Positions 12,003-30,890 of a stretch of 64,000 nucleotides of DNA are shown piece by piece. A program made the translations under genes and the position numbers. The notes under the pieces were generated by a model. It was not told where the DNA came from. It was given only the letters and a program-made list of their open reading frames with translations, and ran no database searches. Every line of letters starts with the position of its first letter. The stretch's first letter is position 1. This DNA comes from Macrostomum lignano (lineage: Eukaryota), in the NCBI GenBank assembly GCA_002269645.1, contig NIVC01001483.1, forward strand, positions 124,001 to 188,000, written 5' to 3'.

Positions 12003-14039
12003 GCAGTGAAATGCTGAAGCGCCGGTCACCGAATGCAAAATGCAATAAAAAGGCAGGCAGCCGCAGTGCACAGATAAACTGTGTGGAATCCAAAATCAGC
12101 CCATATGTGAGTCCCGCACTGTCCTGGGCAGGCACCGAGCTGATGGCTAATGGAATCTGAGCTGGAAAATGGTCTAAATATAGAGATGGTTGAGAGGCCG
12201 GGGTATGGGTGAGAGGTCCCTTTCACACACCCCCTCTCACCCATCCCCTCTCACCCATCCCCTCTCACCCATCCCCTCTCACCCATCCCCTCTCACCCAT
12301 CCCCTCTCACCCATCCCCTCTCACCCATCCCCTCTCACCCATCCCCTCTCACCCATCCCCTCTCACCCATCCCCTCTCACCCATCACCTCTTACCCATCA
12401 CCTCTTGCCCATCACCTCTTACCCATCACCCCTCACCCATCCCCTCTCACCCATCCCCTCTCACCCATCCCCTCTCACCCATCCCCTCTCACCCATCCCC
12501 TCTCACCCATCCCCTCTCACCCATCCCCTCTCACCCATCCCCTCTCACCCATCCCCTCTTACCCTTCACCTCTTGCCCATCACCTTTTACCCATCATCTC
12601 TTACCCATCACCCCTCACCCATCCCCTCTCACCCATCCCCTCTCACCCATCACCTCTTACCCATCACCTCTTACCCATCACCCCTCACCCATCCCCTCTC
12701 ACCCATCCCCTCTCACCCATCACCTCTTACCCATCCCCTCTCACCCATCCCCTCTCACCCATCCCCTCTCACCCATCCCCTCTCACCCATCCCCTCTTAC
12801 CCTTCACCTCTTGCCCATCACCTTTTACCCATCATCTCTTACCCATCACCTCTTACCCATCCCCTCTCACCCATCCCCTCTCACCCATCACCTCTTACCC
12901 ATCACCTCTCACCCATCCCCTCTCACCCATCACCTCTTACCCATCACCTCTTACCCATCACCTCTTACCCATCACCCCTCACCCATCCCCTCTCACCCAT
13001 CCCCTCTCACCCATCACCTCTTACCCATCACCTCTTACCCATCCCCTCTCACCCATCACCTCTTACCCATCACCTCTTACCCATCACCTCTTACCCATCA
13101 CCTTTTACCCATCACCTCTTACCCATCACCTCTTACCCATCACCTCTCACCCATCACCTCTTACCCATCACCTCTTACCCATCACCTCTCACCCATCACC
13201 TCTCACCCATCACCTCTTACCCATCACCTCTTACCCATCACCTCTTACCCATCACCTCTCACCCATCACCTCTTACCCATCACCTCTTACCCATCACCTC
13301 TTACCCATCACCTCTCACCCATCACCTCTTACCCATCACCTCTTACCCATCACCTCTCACCCATCACCTCTTACCCATCACCTCTCACCCATCACCTCTT
13401 ACCCATCACCTCTTACCCATCACCTCTTACCCATCACCTCTTACCCATCACCTCTTACCCATCACCTCTCACCCATCACCTCTTACCCATCACCTCTTAC
13501 CCATCACCTCTTACCCATCACCTCTCACCCATCACCTCTTACCCATCACCTCTTACCCATCACCTCTTACCCATCACCTCTCACCCATCACTTCTTACCC
13601 ATCACCTCTTACCCATCACCTCTTACCCATCACCTCTTACCCATCACCTCTTACCCATCCCCTCTCACCCATCACCTCTTACCCTTCACTTCTTACCCAT
13701 CACCTCTTACCCATCACCTCTTACCCTTCACTTCTTACCCATCACCTCTTACCCATCACCTCTTACCCTTCACTTCTTACCCATCACCTCTTACCCATCA
13801 CCTCTTACCCTTCACTTCTTACCCATCACCTCTTACCCATCACCTCTTACCTTTCACTTCTTACCCATCACCTCTTACCCATCACCTCTCATCAGCCATC
13901 AGCTCGGTGCCTGCCCAGGACAGTGCGGGACTCACATATGGGCTGATTTTGGATTCCACACAGTTTATCTGTGCACTGCGGCTGCCTGCCTTTTTATTGT
14001 ATTTTGCATTCGGTGACCGGCACTTCAGCATTTCACTGC
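12003..14039. mobile_element. Foldback-like structure: 146-bp inverted arms enclosing a 14-bp satellite
   Basis: 12003-12148 is the reverse complement of 13894-14039 (about 2 mismatches). The interior 12226-13890 is a (CCCATCMCCTCTYA)n array. Confidence 0.7.
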
Positions 14040-14041
14040 AA

Positions 14042-14150
14042 TCCTGTCGATCAGCTTGGCCATTCCTAACATGCTTTTGGCGTTTGCGAACGGCCTCACG
14101 CCCGAGGCCATCTGAAAGACCGAGCAGCCGAACGCCCAGATGGCCGACTC
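14042..14150 (-). pseudogene. Inverted 109-bp copy of ANK-kinase exon 3 (10818-10926)
   Basis: The reverse complement reads GAGTCGGCCATCTGGGCGTTCGGCTGC...CTGATCGACAGGA, with 4 mismatches against 10818-10926. Confidence 0.92.
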
Positions 14151-14819
14151 AGCCATAGTCTACGAGCGTATTTGTACTGCATTGTTGCAAGTAATGAACT
14201 GGATTAGTTGCATTTTAAAAATAGCGCTCGGCAAATGCACACACGAATGCCAGTAGTTTCTTTCTTCTGTTTAGCAGAGCAGAAGCAGAAGCAGAGCAGC
14301 TAGAGCATCTGAAAACTCGCAGGCAGCGAATTTTACAGTCATTGAGCACAGGCGCAATGCAAAGCTGTGAATGGTTTGAGCGGGTTAGCGCTCAAGCAGT
14401 CTGTTTCTGTGCCGTCAACCCCCCAGTCCAAAGAATTTGCTGCGAGTCCACTTTTGACACGCTGGCTCGGCCCTCAAACCTCAGCTTCGCATTGTACTCA
14501 TGGCTGAGCGCCTCAGAGGAAGGAGAGACAGGAGGAAATGTAGAGGCCGCACGCAGCAGCTCAGCTGCACACAGATGTGCCTCATCAGCTCTGCCCCATT
14601 GTCTAAAACCCCTGCACAAATCTCACCAGCTGTGCACCTGGCTCTCCTTGCCGAATGAGCTCAGCATCTCTGCTGCATCAGTTTGAGCTCTGACAGATGA
14701 AGAGCGAATGGAGGCTGCGGGCAGAGAGTGGCTGCAAATTTGCTGACGAAACTGCTGAGAGACTTTTGCTAATTAAGGAAACAGGTGGGGCGAGCGGAGC
14801 GCAGAGAACCTCGAAATGA

Positions 14820-15290
14820 GCGGCTAGAGAGATGGGGAGAGAGATGGGGAGAGAGATGGGGGGAAAGGGAGATAGGGGAGAGGGAGATGGGGGAGAGGGA
14901 GATGGGGGAGAGGGAGATGGGGAGAGGGAGATGGGGAGAGGGAGATGGGGAGAGTGAGATGGGGAGAGGGAGATGGGTGAGAGGGAGATGGGTGAGAGGG
15001 AGATGGGGGAGAGGGAGATGGGGGAGAGGGAGATGGGTGAGAGGGAGATGGGTGAGAAGCAGAGTACACACAAACACAAGGTTTTGTTGATCTGATTGCC
15101 CTTTTTGTTTATCTGATTGCCCTTTTTGTTTATCCGATTGCCCTTTTTGTTTATCCGATTGCCCTTTTTGTTTATCCGATTGACTTCTTTGTTTATCTGA
15201 TTGCCCTTTCTGTTTATCTAACTGCCCTTTTTGTTTATCTGATTGCCATGTTCGTTTGACTGATGGCGCATTTTGTTTATCTGATTGATC
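14820..15290. repeat. GA-rich (GGGAGATGGGGAGA-type) array followed by a ~21-bp array (ATCTGATTGCCCTTTTTGTTT)
   Basis: Direct tandem units visible at 14820-15060 and 15090-15290. Confidence 0.85.
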
Positions 15291-15772
15291 GACTCACTCG
15301 GACCATTTTGTGTTCTATTTGAGCAAGACACGTAACTCTGCATTGCTTCAGTTCACCCAGCGCTGTAAAATGGGTGCCAGCATTTGCGCGGGTAATTGAG
15401 GCTGTCTGTGGCGACCTCCCTGCAGTCCTTGCATTGAACAGCCGTACGCAGCCTCAGATGCGCCGTGCAATAGCTGGTGTAATCAACTATTATTATTTTA
15501 TTATTGTACAGCATAAATTTATATGGCCTTGAGCATCACGTTTGTTACAAACTACCAACCGAAGTACAAAGTGTTGCAGAAGATGTTGTAGAAGTAAAAA
15601 AACATTAAAATAGCTTCTCAATTTATCGATTCACAGCTACAAATAGCTACGAAAGAGAGAGTTCAAATTAAACAGTCCCTTTTGCATGTAATTAGAGTAG
15701 AACTCTACTCAAAAGTACAATTTTTGTTAAAATTACTACTTTAGTTAAGCGACCTTGAATAAAAGCAAATAA

Positions 15773-18326
15773 TCAAACTTCTTGAAGGCCTATCAAATCG
15801 GCTAGTAGACGCTCCTGTTGAAATCTGATCAATTCTTTAGATGTCAGCTCGTGGCTTTGAATGCTTGTTTGAAATTTTCTAATTACAGTTAGAGCCAGAC
15901 TGTGATCTGAGCAGTACCGCATGAAAGTGAGCAGCCAAAGTGGGCAGTCAAAGTTCATGTAGCAGTACGCGTCATAGTTCTCCATTCGCAGGGGAAACCA
16001 GGTGGCCAGATGATCAGGTAGGAGGCTGGACAGATCCGGCCGGTTTAGGAACATGAAGCTGAATCTCCAGGCTCAGTCGCTGTTGAAAAGCTGGTCGAAT
16101 ACTGCCGACTCCCCTGACCCTTCTGCAGGTCAAGCAGCGAATTCCTTTATGCCTCTGCTTACCGTGCGACCGTTGCAGTTTGTCAAAACATCAGAAGCGG
16201 CCACTGTATCGTTAAATTTCAGACAGACCAGGGCTCTGAGGCTCTCGCGAGCTGATCGAGCACAGTCAGGCAACTCGCCAATCTGCTTCATCAGGGAGGC
16301 TTCGAATTCCCGGCTAAAGTCAGGCACGGCCAGAGATGCAAACGAATCTCTGACGATGTCATAGATGCTGTAATAACCGCGGAAGTGCAGCAGCCCCGTT
16401 GAAAACTTTGGATCGATTTCTGGGAGAATGAGAAATGGATGCAAATGAAACAAATTGTTTGACCCAATTTGGCACAGGCTGTTCTTGAAGCTCATCAGCA
16501 GCTGGGGCAAGTGGTCGATCACGTCTCTAAGAACTTGCACGATCTCTTCAAAACTGCTGCGATCGGCACCCTTCAGATACAGAGCCGCATCGCTCAAGAA
16601 GAAATGCTCCATGATTCGACCATCCGTATTGTCAGCGGCACAGCTCGTCTCGACACTGTCTAATAGTATCTGCACCGATTGACGGATGAGTGTCAAGAAG
16701 TTCTCCGGCTTCCACTGCTCTTCCGGCGTCTCCTCAAGCCTTCGGAACGTGACCGTCTTCGCGTGATACGCCTTCAGACCGTGCACTCTGCGACCGATCA
16801 CCTTCTTGACCAGATACTTGAGCGTGACGAACAGCTGGCCCTGCAGAGTGCTCAGACTCCGCAGCAGGCGTCTCTCTAAGAAGGTGGTGCTCACACGGAG
16901 CTGCTTGCCGGCCAGGCGGTGCCGCGTGAACCACATGACAGGGCAAGGCTTTGAGCTCGCGTGTGAGAGACTGCAGCACCGGCTGCGGGATGCTGGATTT
17001 GGTCAGTCGATGAGGCTGCAGCGGCTCGATAGCAGCAGAGGCGACAGGCGCTCACGCGGTCCACGGCGGGTCGGAGAGCCTAACCGTTCTCTGGCCGGGC
17101 TGGGCTGGAAGCTGATGAAGGGTATGAAACTACTGAAGACTATTATAACTTCAAGCCTGACTTCAAGTATGAAGCTTTTAGTACTGAATATATGCTTACC
17201 ATATCCTTCACAGATTATATGCCCGTCATATTCCACCACTAGTTCAGGATCAGGATCAATGCACCTGCAGACGTCTTTGAGATGATAAATCCTGCCTAGT
17301 ATGAGCTGCATCACGTCTATGTCGGATTCTGGGTCCGTTCGGCCATCCAGATGGCTGAGGCTGTTCCCCCAGCCTTCCGAATAGCTGCCCACGATGAAAA
17401 ATTCTTCACTGCGTAGGCGTTGTCTTAGTATGCGCTGCAGAACGTCCGCACACGAGCTCTGTAGGGCAGCTCGGGTCTGCTTAAAGCCAGCCTGCTGGAG
17501 GGAACTGTGCAGTTGCTGACTGAATTCTTCTTCGCTGAAATACAATACGTACGAGGAAGGGAAAGTAAGGCTCAGTATGAATTTCCAGATTAAAGTGTAA
17601 GACCGTGGGTTGAGTTGCAGTGAATAACAAAAACGTGAGGAGGCCTCACTGGCTCACGCCAATATTTTATTGCCAAAGTTGGGGTGGGTGTAAACACCCT
17701 AAGCACGCACACGCTGCAGCGCAAAATCCCAACCCCCAAACCGGCCAGACGTGCACATTTAAGTGCACGCGCACCAACAAGCCAGACTACAAAAGGAAAT
17801 TTACTATGAGGCTTTAATGAAGTTATATTACCTCAAGCTGGAACTGCTTTCATCAACTTGTATAGGCATCGGCTCATCTTGCACAGTCCCAGCATCTTCT
17901 AATAAATTATCACTGGCATATAGGGCCTTTGCAAGAAGTTCTGCAACTAGCTCGTATCTTGTGCGTTAATTTTCTAGCCAAGTCTAAAGGTGTCTGGTAA
18001 TCCCGGTCTGTTGCAGTGACATCCGCGAAGCATCGAAGCAGCGATTTAGTCGCTTCTGGATGTCCATTCTCAGCTGCAGCGTGCAGAGGTGTCTGTCCTG
18101 TAGTCGCTCTTGTCATGTTGACATCTGCACCAGCTCGTATAAGAGGCTCAATGGCTTTCCAATGACAAAACTGCGCTGCCAGAAAAATCGGTGAGCAGCT
18201 ATCGTTCTGCTTGGAATTCACTGGACTACCTTGAGCTGCCTTGAAGAAGCTCGTATAGAGTATCTTGGTCCCCTCGCTGAGCTGTGATGTGCAGTGAAGT
18301 CTCTCCTGTACTAGTCTGCACATCAA
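15773..18326 (-). pseudogene. Ankyrin + Mab-21/cGAS-like nucleotidyltransferase (cGLR-type) gene copy 1, disrupted
   Basis: ANK exon ends at 17832 (AG|GTAATA) and splices in phase 2 to 17534 (TTTCAG|C GAA GAA). NTase exon 17534-17200 has IVGSYSEGWGNSL...ESDIDV. Last exon 17104-15773 has RPAVD, LRVSTTFLER and AYHAKTVTF...EEQW. Frameshifts near 17965, 17080, 17000 and 16920; in-frame TGA at 16130-16132 and 16073-16075. 5' end not found. Confidence 0.85.
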
Positions 18327-18389
18327 CTTTCGAAGCCCCAGAGCGCACCAGCAGCCTGCGTGCTGTCTCTCCAGTGGCCTCTGATCCTC

Positions 18390-19380
18390 AGGTCTCTGAT
18401 TGTCCGACTTGCCGATTCTCGATCCGATAGCTGCCTAGTGTCCTGGTGCAGATCATATGCGTTTCAAGTGAGTGTTGGCCGGAAGTGGATACGGTTTCTC
18501 CGTAGCGTTCGGCCACAATAGCATAACTTGATCGGGCAGTCGTGGTGTTTGCCAACCTCCACCTCCATATGCCCCTCCGCTGCCACAGCTTGGTTTTCGG
18601 GTCTTGTGTAGTACCACGGTCGAGCCAATTGTGATTCTGTCGAAGGCTTATCTTGGACTTGTTGCACTGCTGCATCACTCTTGTGAATTTCAGACGCTGT
18701 CTGCTCCATCTGCACTGAATTATTGAGCTGTGCCACTCGGAGGGGAGCAGGTTAGGGAATCCCTTGCCGGATATCCAGCATGATGCAGGGAATATGTCCA
18801 TCGTACATGGGAGTGCTATTGTGAATCAGTATGCCTTTTCCATCCATAGTCCAAAGATACTCTGATAATCTACTAGGCAGAATTAACTGCAGATTCAGCC
18901 CTCCTATTGATTTGGTGATGGGTAAGGCGATGAGAATCTGGACCCAACCCTCCATATCTTCCGAAAACTGACTAAGATGTTGGCTTTTGAACTGAGGGCC
19001 TGACTCTGACCACAGCGATTTCGGTACACGTAGCTCGTACACGCGGCTATCTAGAAAAAGACACGGAACGCATTGATAAGCAATTTTGATCCGGAGGGTT
19101 TTGTTCGGAATTCCAGAGGTCTCAGCACTGCCACACGATGTTGCAGTTGTTGTATTTTCCGCTTCCGTCCGTGCCAACCGCAGACGGGGTGCTCGGGTCG
19201 GGACGGGACTGCCCAGGGCTTGCCAGGTGTGACAGACGAGAGATTGGCGACCCCTGAGGCAAACAGACACTTCAAGGCGGAAGTTTACGGGCTGGGAGCA
19301 TGCATTCTGGGAGCACTGGGAGCATCCGAGCCAGGCGGAGCGGCTGCATCAAATTCTGGCGAAGCCGGCACTTCCCTGAA
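18390..19380 (-). mobile_element. Degenerate Gypsy-type LTR retrotransposon pol 3' fragment (integrase core and C-terminus)
   Basis: VPKSLWSESGPQFKSQHLSQF resembles the integrase SDNGPQF motif. GRTLRRNRIHFRP resembles the RRNRxHL C-terminal motif. Broken across frames; no LTRs seen. Confidence 0.6.
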
Positions 19381-19419
19381 AAAAAGCTTTTGTGACACAA
19401 TTTTGTGATAAATATTCAT

Positions 19420-19700
19420 CTCTACATATAAAAATCAAAACTCTGTCTGTCTGTGTACAAATTACTTCGCCCGCTATGGACTCCCAAACCGCTCGACCAA
19501 ATGACACCAAATTTTGCGTCCACCCTACATTCACTATACGGAAAGTGTCATTGGCTTACTGCAATAAAATTTCCTAAATTTGAGTCTTCCTACCTAAAAA
19601 AAACTGCTTAAAATACGCGATTTCTATACTAAATCCTCCATAGCGCCGCTCCACTTCTACCGATCCTCTTCAAATCAAAGAATCAATGTTCAACTATTTG
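19420..19700 (+). mobile_element. DINE-1/Helentron-like non-autonomous repeat, copy B
   Basis: Inverted counterpart of 6680-6890; starts CTACATATAAAAATCAAAACTCTGTCTGTCTG. Confidence 0.6.
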
Positions 19701-19796
19701 AACACAATCGTGTAAAATTTCGAGTCTCAAAGTTAATCCTGAACAGCGCTGTGCACTTTTAAAGCTAGGCTGTTTTTTGCCAGCGAGGCAGCCACC

Positions 19797-20800
19797 TAGG
19801 GATGTCGATTCCCCGGGGAATTTTCTTATCGGGGACCCGGGGAATTTACTGTCATTCCCCCGGGACCCCGTGGAAAAAAAATAAGTAAAAAACGGCGGAT
19901 ATCTTAGATCTTAAGTCATTAAGTGGCATTTTTAAACTTTGATTAAAGCTTTGGATGGACTACATGTTCAAGGCGCAAGGGTAAAAACTTTAAGCAATGT
20001 TTGTTTAAAACTGTATTTGACAACGTGGTGGTACGTGGCATCACCAAATCGTGCGCGCACCTTTATCAGAAAGAGTCCAGACTCCGCGGAGGCGGAAAAT
20101 GCATACTCAGCAGCTACACTCGTGGGAGGATAATTAATGAATGAGACTGTTTTATAATCGGAATTTTAATTTCTTGCAGATACATGTAAATCACCATTTT
20201 GTCCTGTCTAATAGGGAGTATTTTGTTATTGTATGACACCCCCCTATGCTGTGTCCTGCGTCAAATGTGTCAAGCCGTCAACGCAGACCAACACAATAGT
20301 CAGTAAGGCTTCTTTTTCCTGACGGGTTTCTACGCTCGTACGTTCAATTTGCTTGATTAAAAGACTCAGTGAAAAAAACATTCAAACGGGTCGTTTTTAT
20401 AATACCGAAATTTCACAACGCCGAAAATTCTGCATGCTCCTTATTGTATTAAGTTTTCTACGATGTGAAATTTTGGTCTTATGAAGTTTCGGTCTTGTGA
20501 AGGGCCCTGCATTTTGAGTTTTTGGCGTTGTGAAATTTCGGTTTTACGAACCCCGTACGTCCCCCCCATTCAAACGTGTGTTGTGCTTGAAATAATACAT
20601 TGAAATAAGCAGTTTTGCGGTAAAAAAAGCATAGACAGAGTTTCAATCAGCTTTCTGTGAATGATTTTCTTATTTAAACGGCAAAAATTAAGTTGAAAAA
20701 TGCTTTTTTTTCTCCCTGGTGTCCCCGGTCCAATTCCCCGGGGAGTATTCCCCGACAAGCTCCCCGGGGCCCCGACAAGCTCCCCGGGTCGACATCCCTA
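19797..20800. mobile_element. Non-autonomous hAT DNA transposon (1004 bp)
   Basis: Perfect 12-bp TIR TAGGGATGTCGA (19797-19808) / TCGACATCCCTA (20789-20800). Perfect 8-bp TSD CAGCCACC (19789-19796 and 20801-20808). Subterminal CCCCGGGG motifs. Confidence 0.93.
20389..20566. mobile_element. MITE nested inside the hAT element
   Basis: 19-bp perfect inverted repeat ACCGAAATTTCACAACGCC (20404-20422 / 20524-20542), flanked by direct repeat CATTCAAACG (20379-20388 and 20567-20576). Confidence 0.7.
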
Positions 20801-21639
20801 CAGCCACCTAACCTCTCCTGCACGAACTGGGCCTGATGTGTAAAAGGGGTTTTAAAATGACTAACTTTCGGCTGCCATAAGTTTGCTCCACGTGAAGCCA
20901 TTGAGTTGAAACTTGACACAATTCTTCTTTGACTTATTCACTGCCTAAATATAAAGTCTCAACTCTGTAACTCAATCAGAACAGAAACTGTAAGCATGTG
21001 AAGTTTGTCTGCTTTTTCTGTTGTTTGTGCCCCTCACTCACTCATTCTCCCAGCCCAGACGAAGGGTCAGGCGATAGGGCTCAATGTACATAGCGAATGT
21101 ACAGTGTTTTGGAATAACTTTTTAATAGCCTTCTCTGCACACCCGCGGTTGGAGAGGTGTGGAGAGGAGAGAGTTTAGCGAGAGATTCAACCACTCTGTA
21201 CTCGTATAAGACAGTCTGCAGCAGTTTAACAGTGGATGGCAATTGGCAAATCAAGAAGAGTCAAGACGATGTGGGATGATGGTTTGTAAAAATTGCGAAC
21301 AATTAATGAATAACTGATTACAATGCAATACTACTAAATTAGTTACGCCATGAAGATTTTAACATTAAGATTCGCAAAAGGTACTTTAAAATTTAAATGG
21401 CTCCTAAGAAATGCGTAATTCCTTGGTTGTTAGACTGCTGCAGACTGGATGACGTGATTAAAGCATGAGAAATGCTAACAACAATGAGAGTACTACGTCC
21501 CACTAACTGGCTTTCGAAGCAGGGATCGGCAGATTTTTACCTCAAAGGCCAGATAAAGAATCCAGCTCATGGCTGCGGGCCAGATGCGAGTGAAGAGGAA
21601 AAGGAATAGACTGTAAGAAGAGAGGGGCGAGATCGAGGG

Positions 21640-22200
21640 GGATAAAAAATATTAAAGATAGGAGGAGAGACGAGGGGGTGAGGAGAGAGAAGAGAATATG
21701 GGAGGAAGAAGCGAGAGGAAGGGAGAGAGGAGGGAGAGGAAAGAGTAGAAGTGAGAAAAGGGAGAGAGGGGGAGAGAAGAGAAGAGAAGAGAGGAGATAA
21801 GAGGGGAGAGAGGGGGACAAAGAGGAATGAGAAGAAAGGAGATAAGAGGTGAGAGATAGAGTTGAGAAAGAAGCGAGGAGAAAGGAGAGGTGATAGAGTA
21901 AAGGGAAGAGGAGGAGAGAGAAAAGATATGAGATTGTAGAGATGAGAGAGATGAAAGGAGAGATGAGAAAGTAGAGATAAGAGATGAAGGAGGAGAGTGC
22001 AGAAAGAGAGTAGAGAAGAGAATAGAGGGGAGAGAGTATAGACGAGTGAAAAGAAGAGGAGACAGAAGATGGGAAAGAGAAGAGTACACAGGAGTGAGGA
22101 GAGTAGAGATGACAGACAGAAGAGAGAGGGAGGGAAAGAATGGGGAAGATGGGAGAGAGGGAGGGAAGATTTTAGGATGGAAGGAAAGAATGGGGGAATC
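21640..22200. repeat. Purine-rich (GA) low-complexity tract
   Basis: Almost exclusively G/A on the + strand; source of the spurious Leu/Ser/Pro ORFs. Confidence 0.85.
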
Positions 22201-22608
22201 ATAAGTGATAAGTCACATAAATATATTTATATCTAGATATTTGAGCGTCTGTCTGGAGTTTTTTTGTAGAAAATTTTCTGTTAAAAAGATGTTTATTTCA
22301 TAGTAATTCTAATTGAAATATTGGTTTTCATTGTTTCGCAGAGCTGTACACATCAGTCCAATGTCAATGAGAAGTAAGAGTTTTTGAATTACATCGACAA
22401 AAAAGGGACAAAAACAGGTTTAATGCAAAAAATACAGGAATTGTTTATTCGTATTTAGTTTTAATTGTTCAATTGAGTAGCTTAGCAGCTGCAGTCTCGA
22501 GTGTCAGCTCAGCACAGCGGGTCAGAAGTTCTGTCTGAAAATGATTGATATCAAAGTCTTTAGTTATAAATCCACAAGAGGTGAGCAGGCCATCTGAGCA
22601 CAGGTGCG

Positions 22609-28942
<6,334 letters not shown>

Positions 28943-30890
28943 GAGACTGCAAAACTGTATTTTATGTTGCGATCGTAAATGCTTTTTTATTTTATCAGAA
29001 TAGTTATCAATGATATTTTAATGGTTCCTAATTTTAACACGATTTACAGAAAAGTAATTAATTCACATCATATCTATTTTTGAGCCAAAATAAGTCAAAC
29101 TCATTATAATGAAATGAATCATTTTAATGTGTGTAACAAACACACTAAGATTACAGCTAAAGAAATGTTACGTAAAGATTTTATAATATTTTTTTATTTT
29201 AATTAAATGGTTACTTAAAGATTTACAAGCTTGAAATAGTATCATATTCAGTTTGACTGTAGTTACGATACTCCTCTGTAATCGACAAATTAGGCCAAAG
29301 AAGACTACTTTGACTAGATTGCATTGAATAGAGAAATCTATCTAACCAAATCTGCAGATTGTGCGCAGATCCAGAGAATAAAATTGAAGGCGGGCAACTT
29401 ATACTATGTATCATGGTGCTAAAATTTTCGAGACAAAGCAGGCATTATCAAATTTGTTTCGTCCCAGCTGGGAAAAGAGAAGCTGGGGCTGGCCACCTTA
29501 CCCCTCACCGGCCTGGACCCGCCACTACCGCGGATATCATTCTGTCAGTGACCAGTGTGGTAATAAGATCGCCGCGTACATATATATAGCTAAAATATAT
29601 TATTACGGCTCACAAAGTACACGCATACGTTTTAAAATATCATTGCGCTATACAGTATCACATTTTTAGTGGTTTAAATATAATAAAGTTTGATGAAATT
29701 GAAATATTTAAATATATTTGGTCGGAAATTTTAGTTCCTTATTCCTTTAAAAGATCAAAACGATCGACCTTGAAAGCAAAAGCAGCAAGAACACATGCTC
29801 GAAGTTAGTGCAAAAAGCAGCCATTTTCCTAATTGTTTTATTTACACCAAAACACTATCTTAAACAGATTTATTATTATCAAAAGCTTTTCGTAATATTT
29901 CTTTTCATTGAATTGAATTGAAGAAGAAGAATCGTATTATGCAAGTGTGTTTAAAATTTGTAATCGGTCAATTTCGTGCCATTAAAGAAAAAACAAAGTA
30001 TATAGTAGGAACAACTTTTCACTGCACTAAATGTATTCTTTATCCAGAAATAGTGCGCAAACGTTTTTAAAATTAGTTTTGTGCCTTCTTGTTTCTGACG
30101 TTTCTTTACAATGTTGTTTACGTTCAGTATTGTGCACTTTAGTTTAAGTTTAGTAATGTTGTATGTTATTATTATGTTATTTGTGTGTTATTGTATGCAC
30201 ACACTTCCTCTTAGTTTCAAAGTGCACAATGTTATCTCGTGTGTCCACTTACTATTTAATTGTTTAATTGTCTGGAATAATTGGGGCTAATGACGATACT
30301 GTATTTATAGCCTGAATTGTGTCCCTCTAGCCTATGTGGCTAGGTCTAGGGCCATCTAACTCAAAGGCAGTACTACTTACTATAGACAAATATAGTAGAA
30401 AACTACAAACTACAGTCAAACTAAATATGATATGATTAGTATAATCAGTTTTAAAACTTTGATAGGGGCCTAGAACAGAACCAAGCATAAAAAGAGCCAA
30501 GTCCCAGAATTTGCCAAAGACTTTGTGATCTAGCTTATTAATATTAAGCTAAATGCTAGATCACTGCCTGTCCATGGGCCCATGGCCATTCTCTAGTCTA
30601 GGCCTAGCAGGGATAAAAGTAGGATAAATTAATAATAATAAGTTATAAGTTAAAATATAATATTATCATTTGTTAGGCCCCCCTACTAGTTTAGCACTAG
30701 GCCTATGCTATGTCTGGTCTAGATATTATAGGTTGTAAAAGATAGAATTTTTTTATTTGAGTAGATCATTTAACATCATTGATATTTCAGATTCAAAAGT
30801 TATAGAAAATTAATAATAATTAGCAAATATACTAGCTGATATAAAAATATGCTAGGGGCCTATAGATAATATATTTATAAGAAGAAACTA

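Noticed and set aside
12190-14158. 500-650 aa His/Pro/Ser-rich ORFs (and similar ORFs at 3835, 6106-6728, 25089, 26628, 34313, 36296, 37928, 53619, 57203, 58719, 60494, 62204)
   Set aside because: They are translations of stop-poor tandem repeats, open in several frames at once, with no domain content.
14340-14780. Possible paralogous copy of the ANK-kinase upstream region
   Set aside because: Only compositional (CAG/CTG-rich) resemblance to 8030-8300; no alignable stretch could be confirmed by eye.
16073-16132. Selenoprotein interpretation of the two in-frame TGA codons
   Set aside because: The aligned positions in copy 2 are not Cys, accompanying frameshifts indicate decay, and no SECIS could be recognised by eye.
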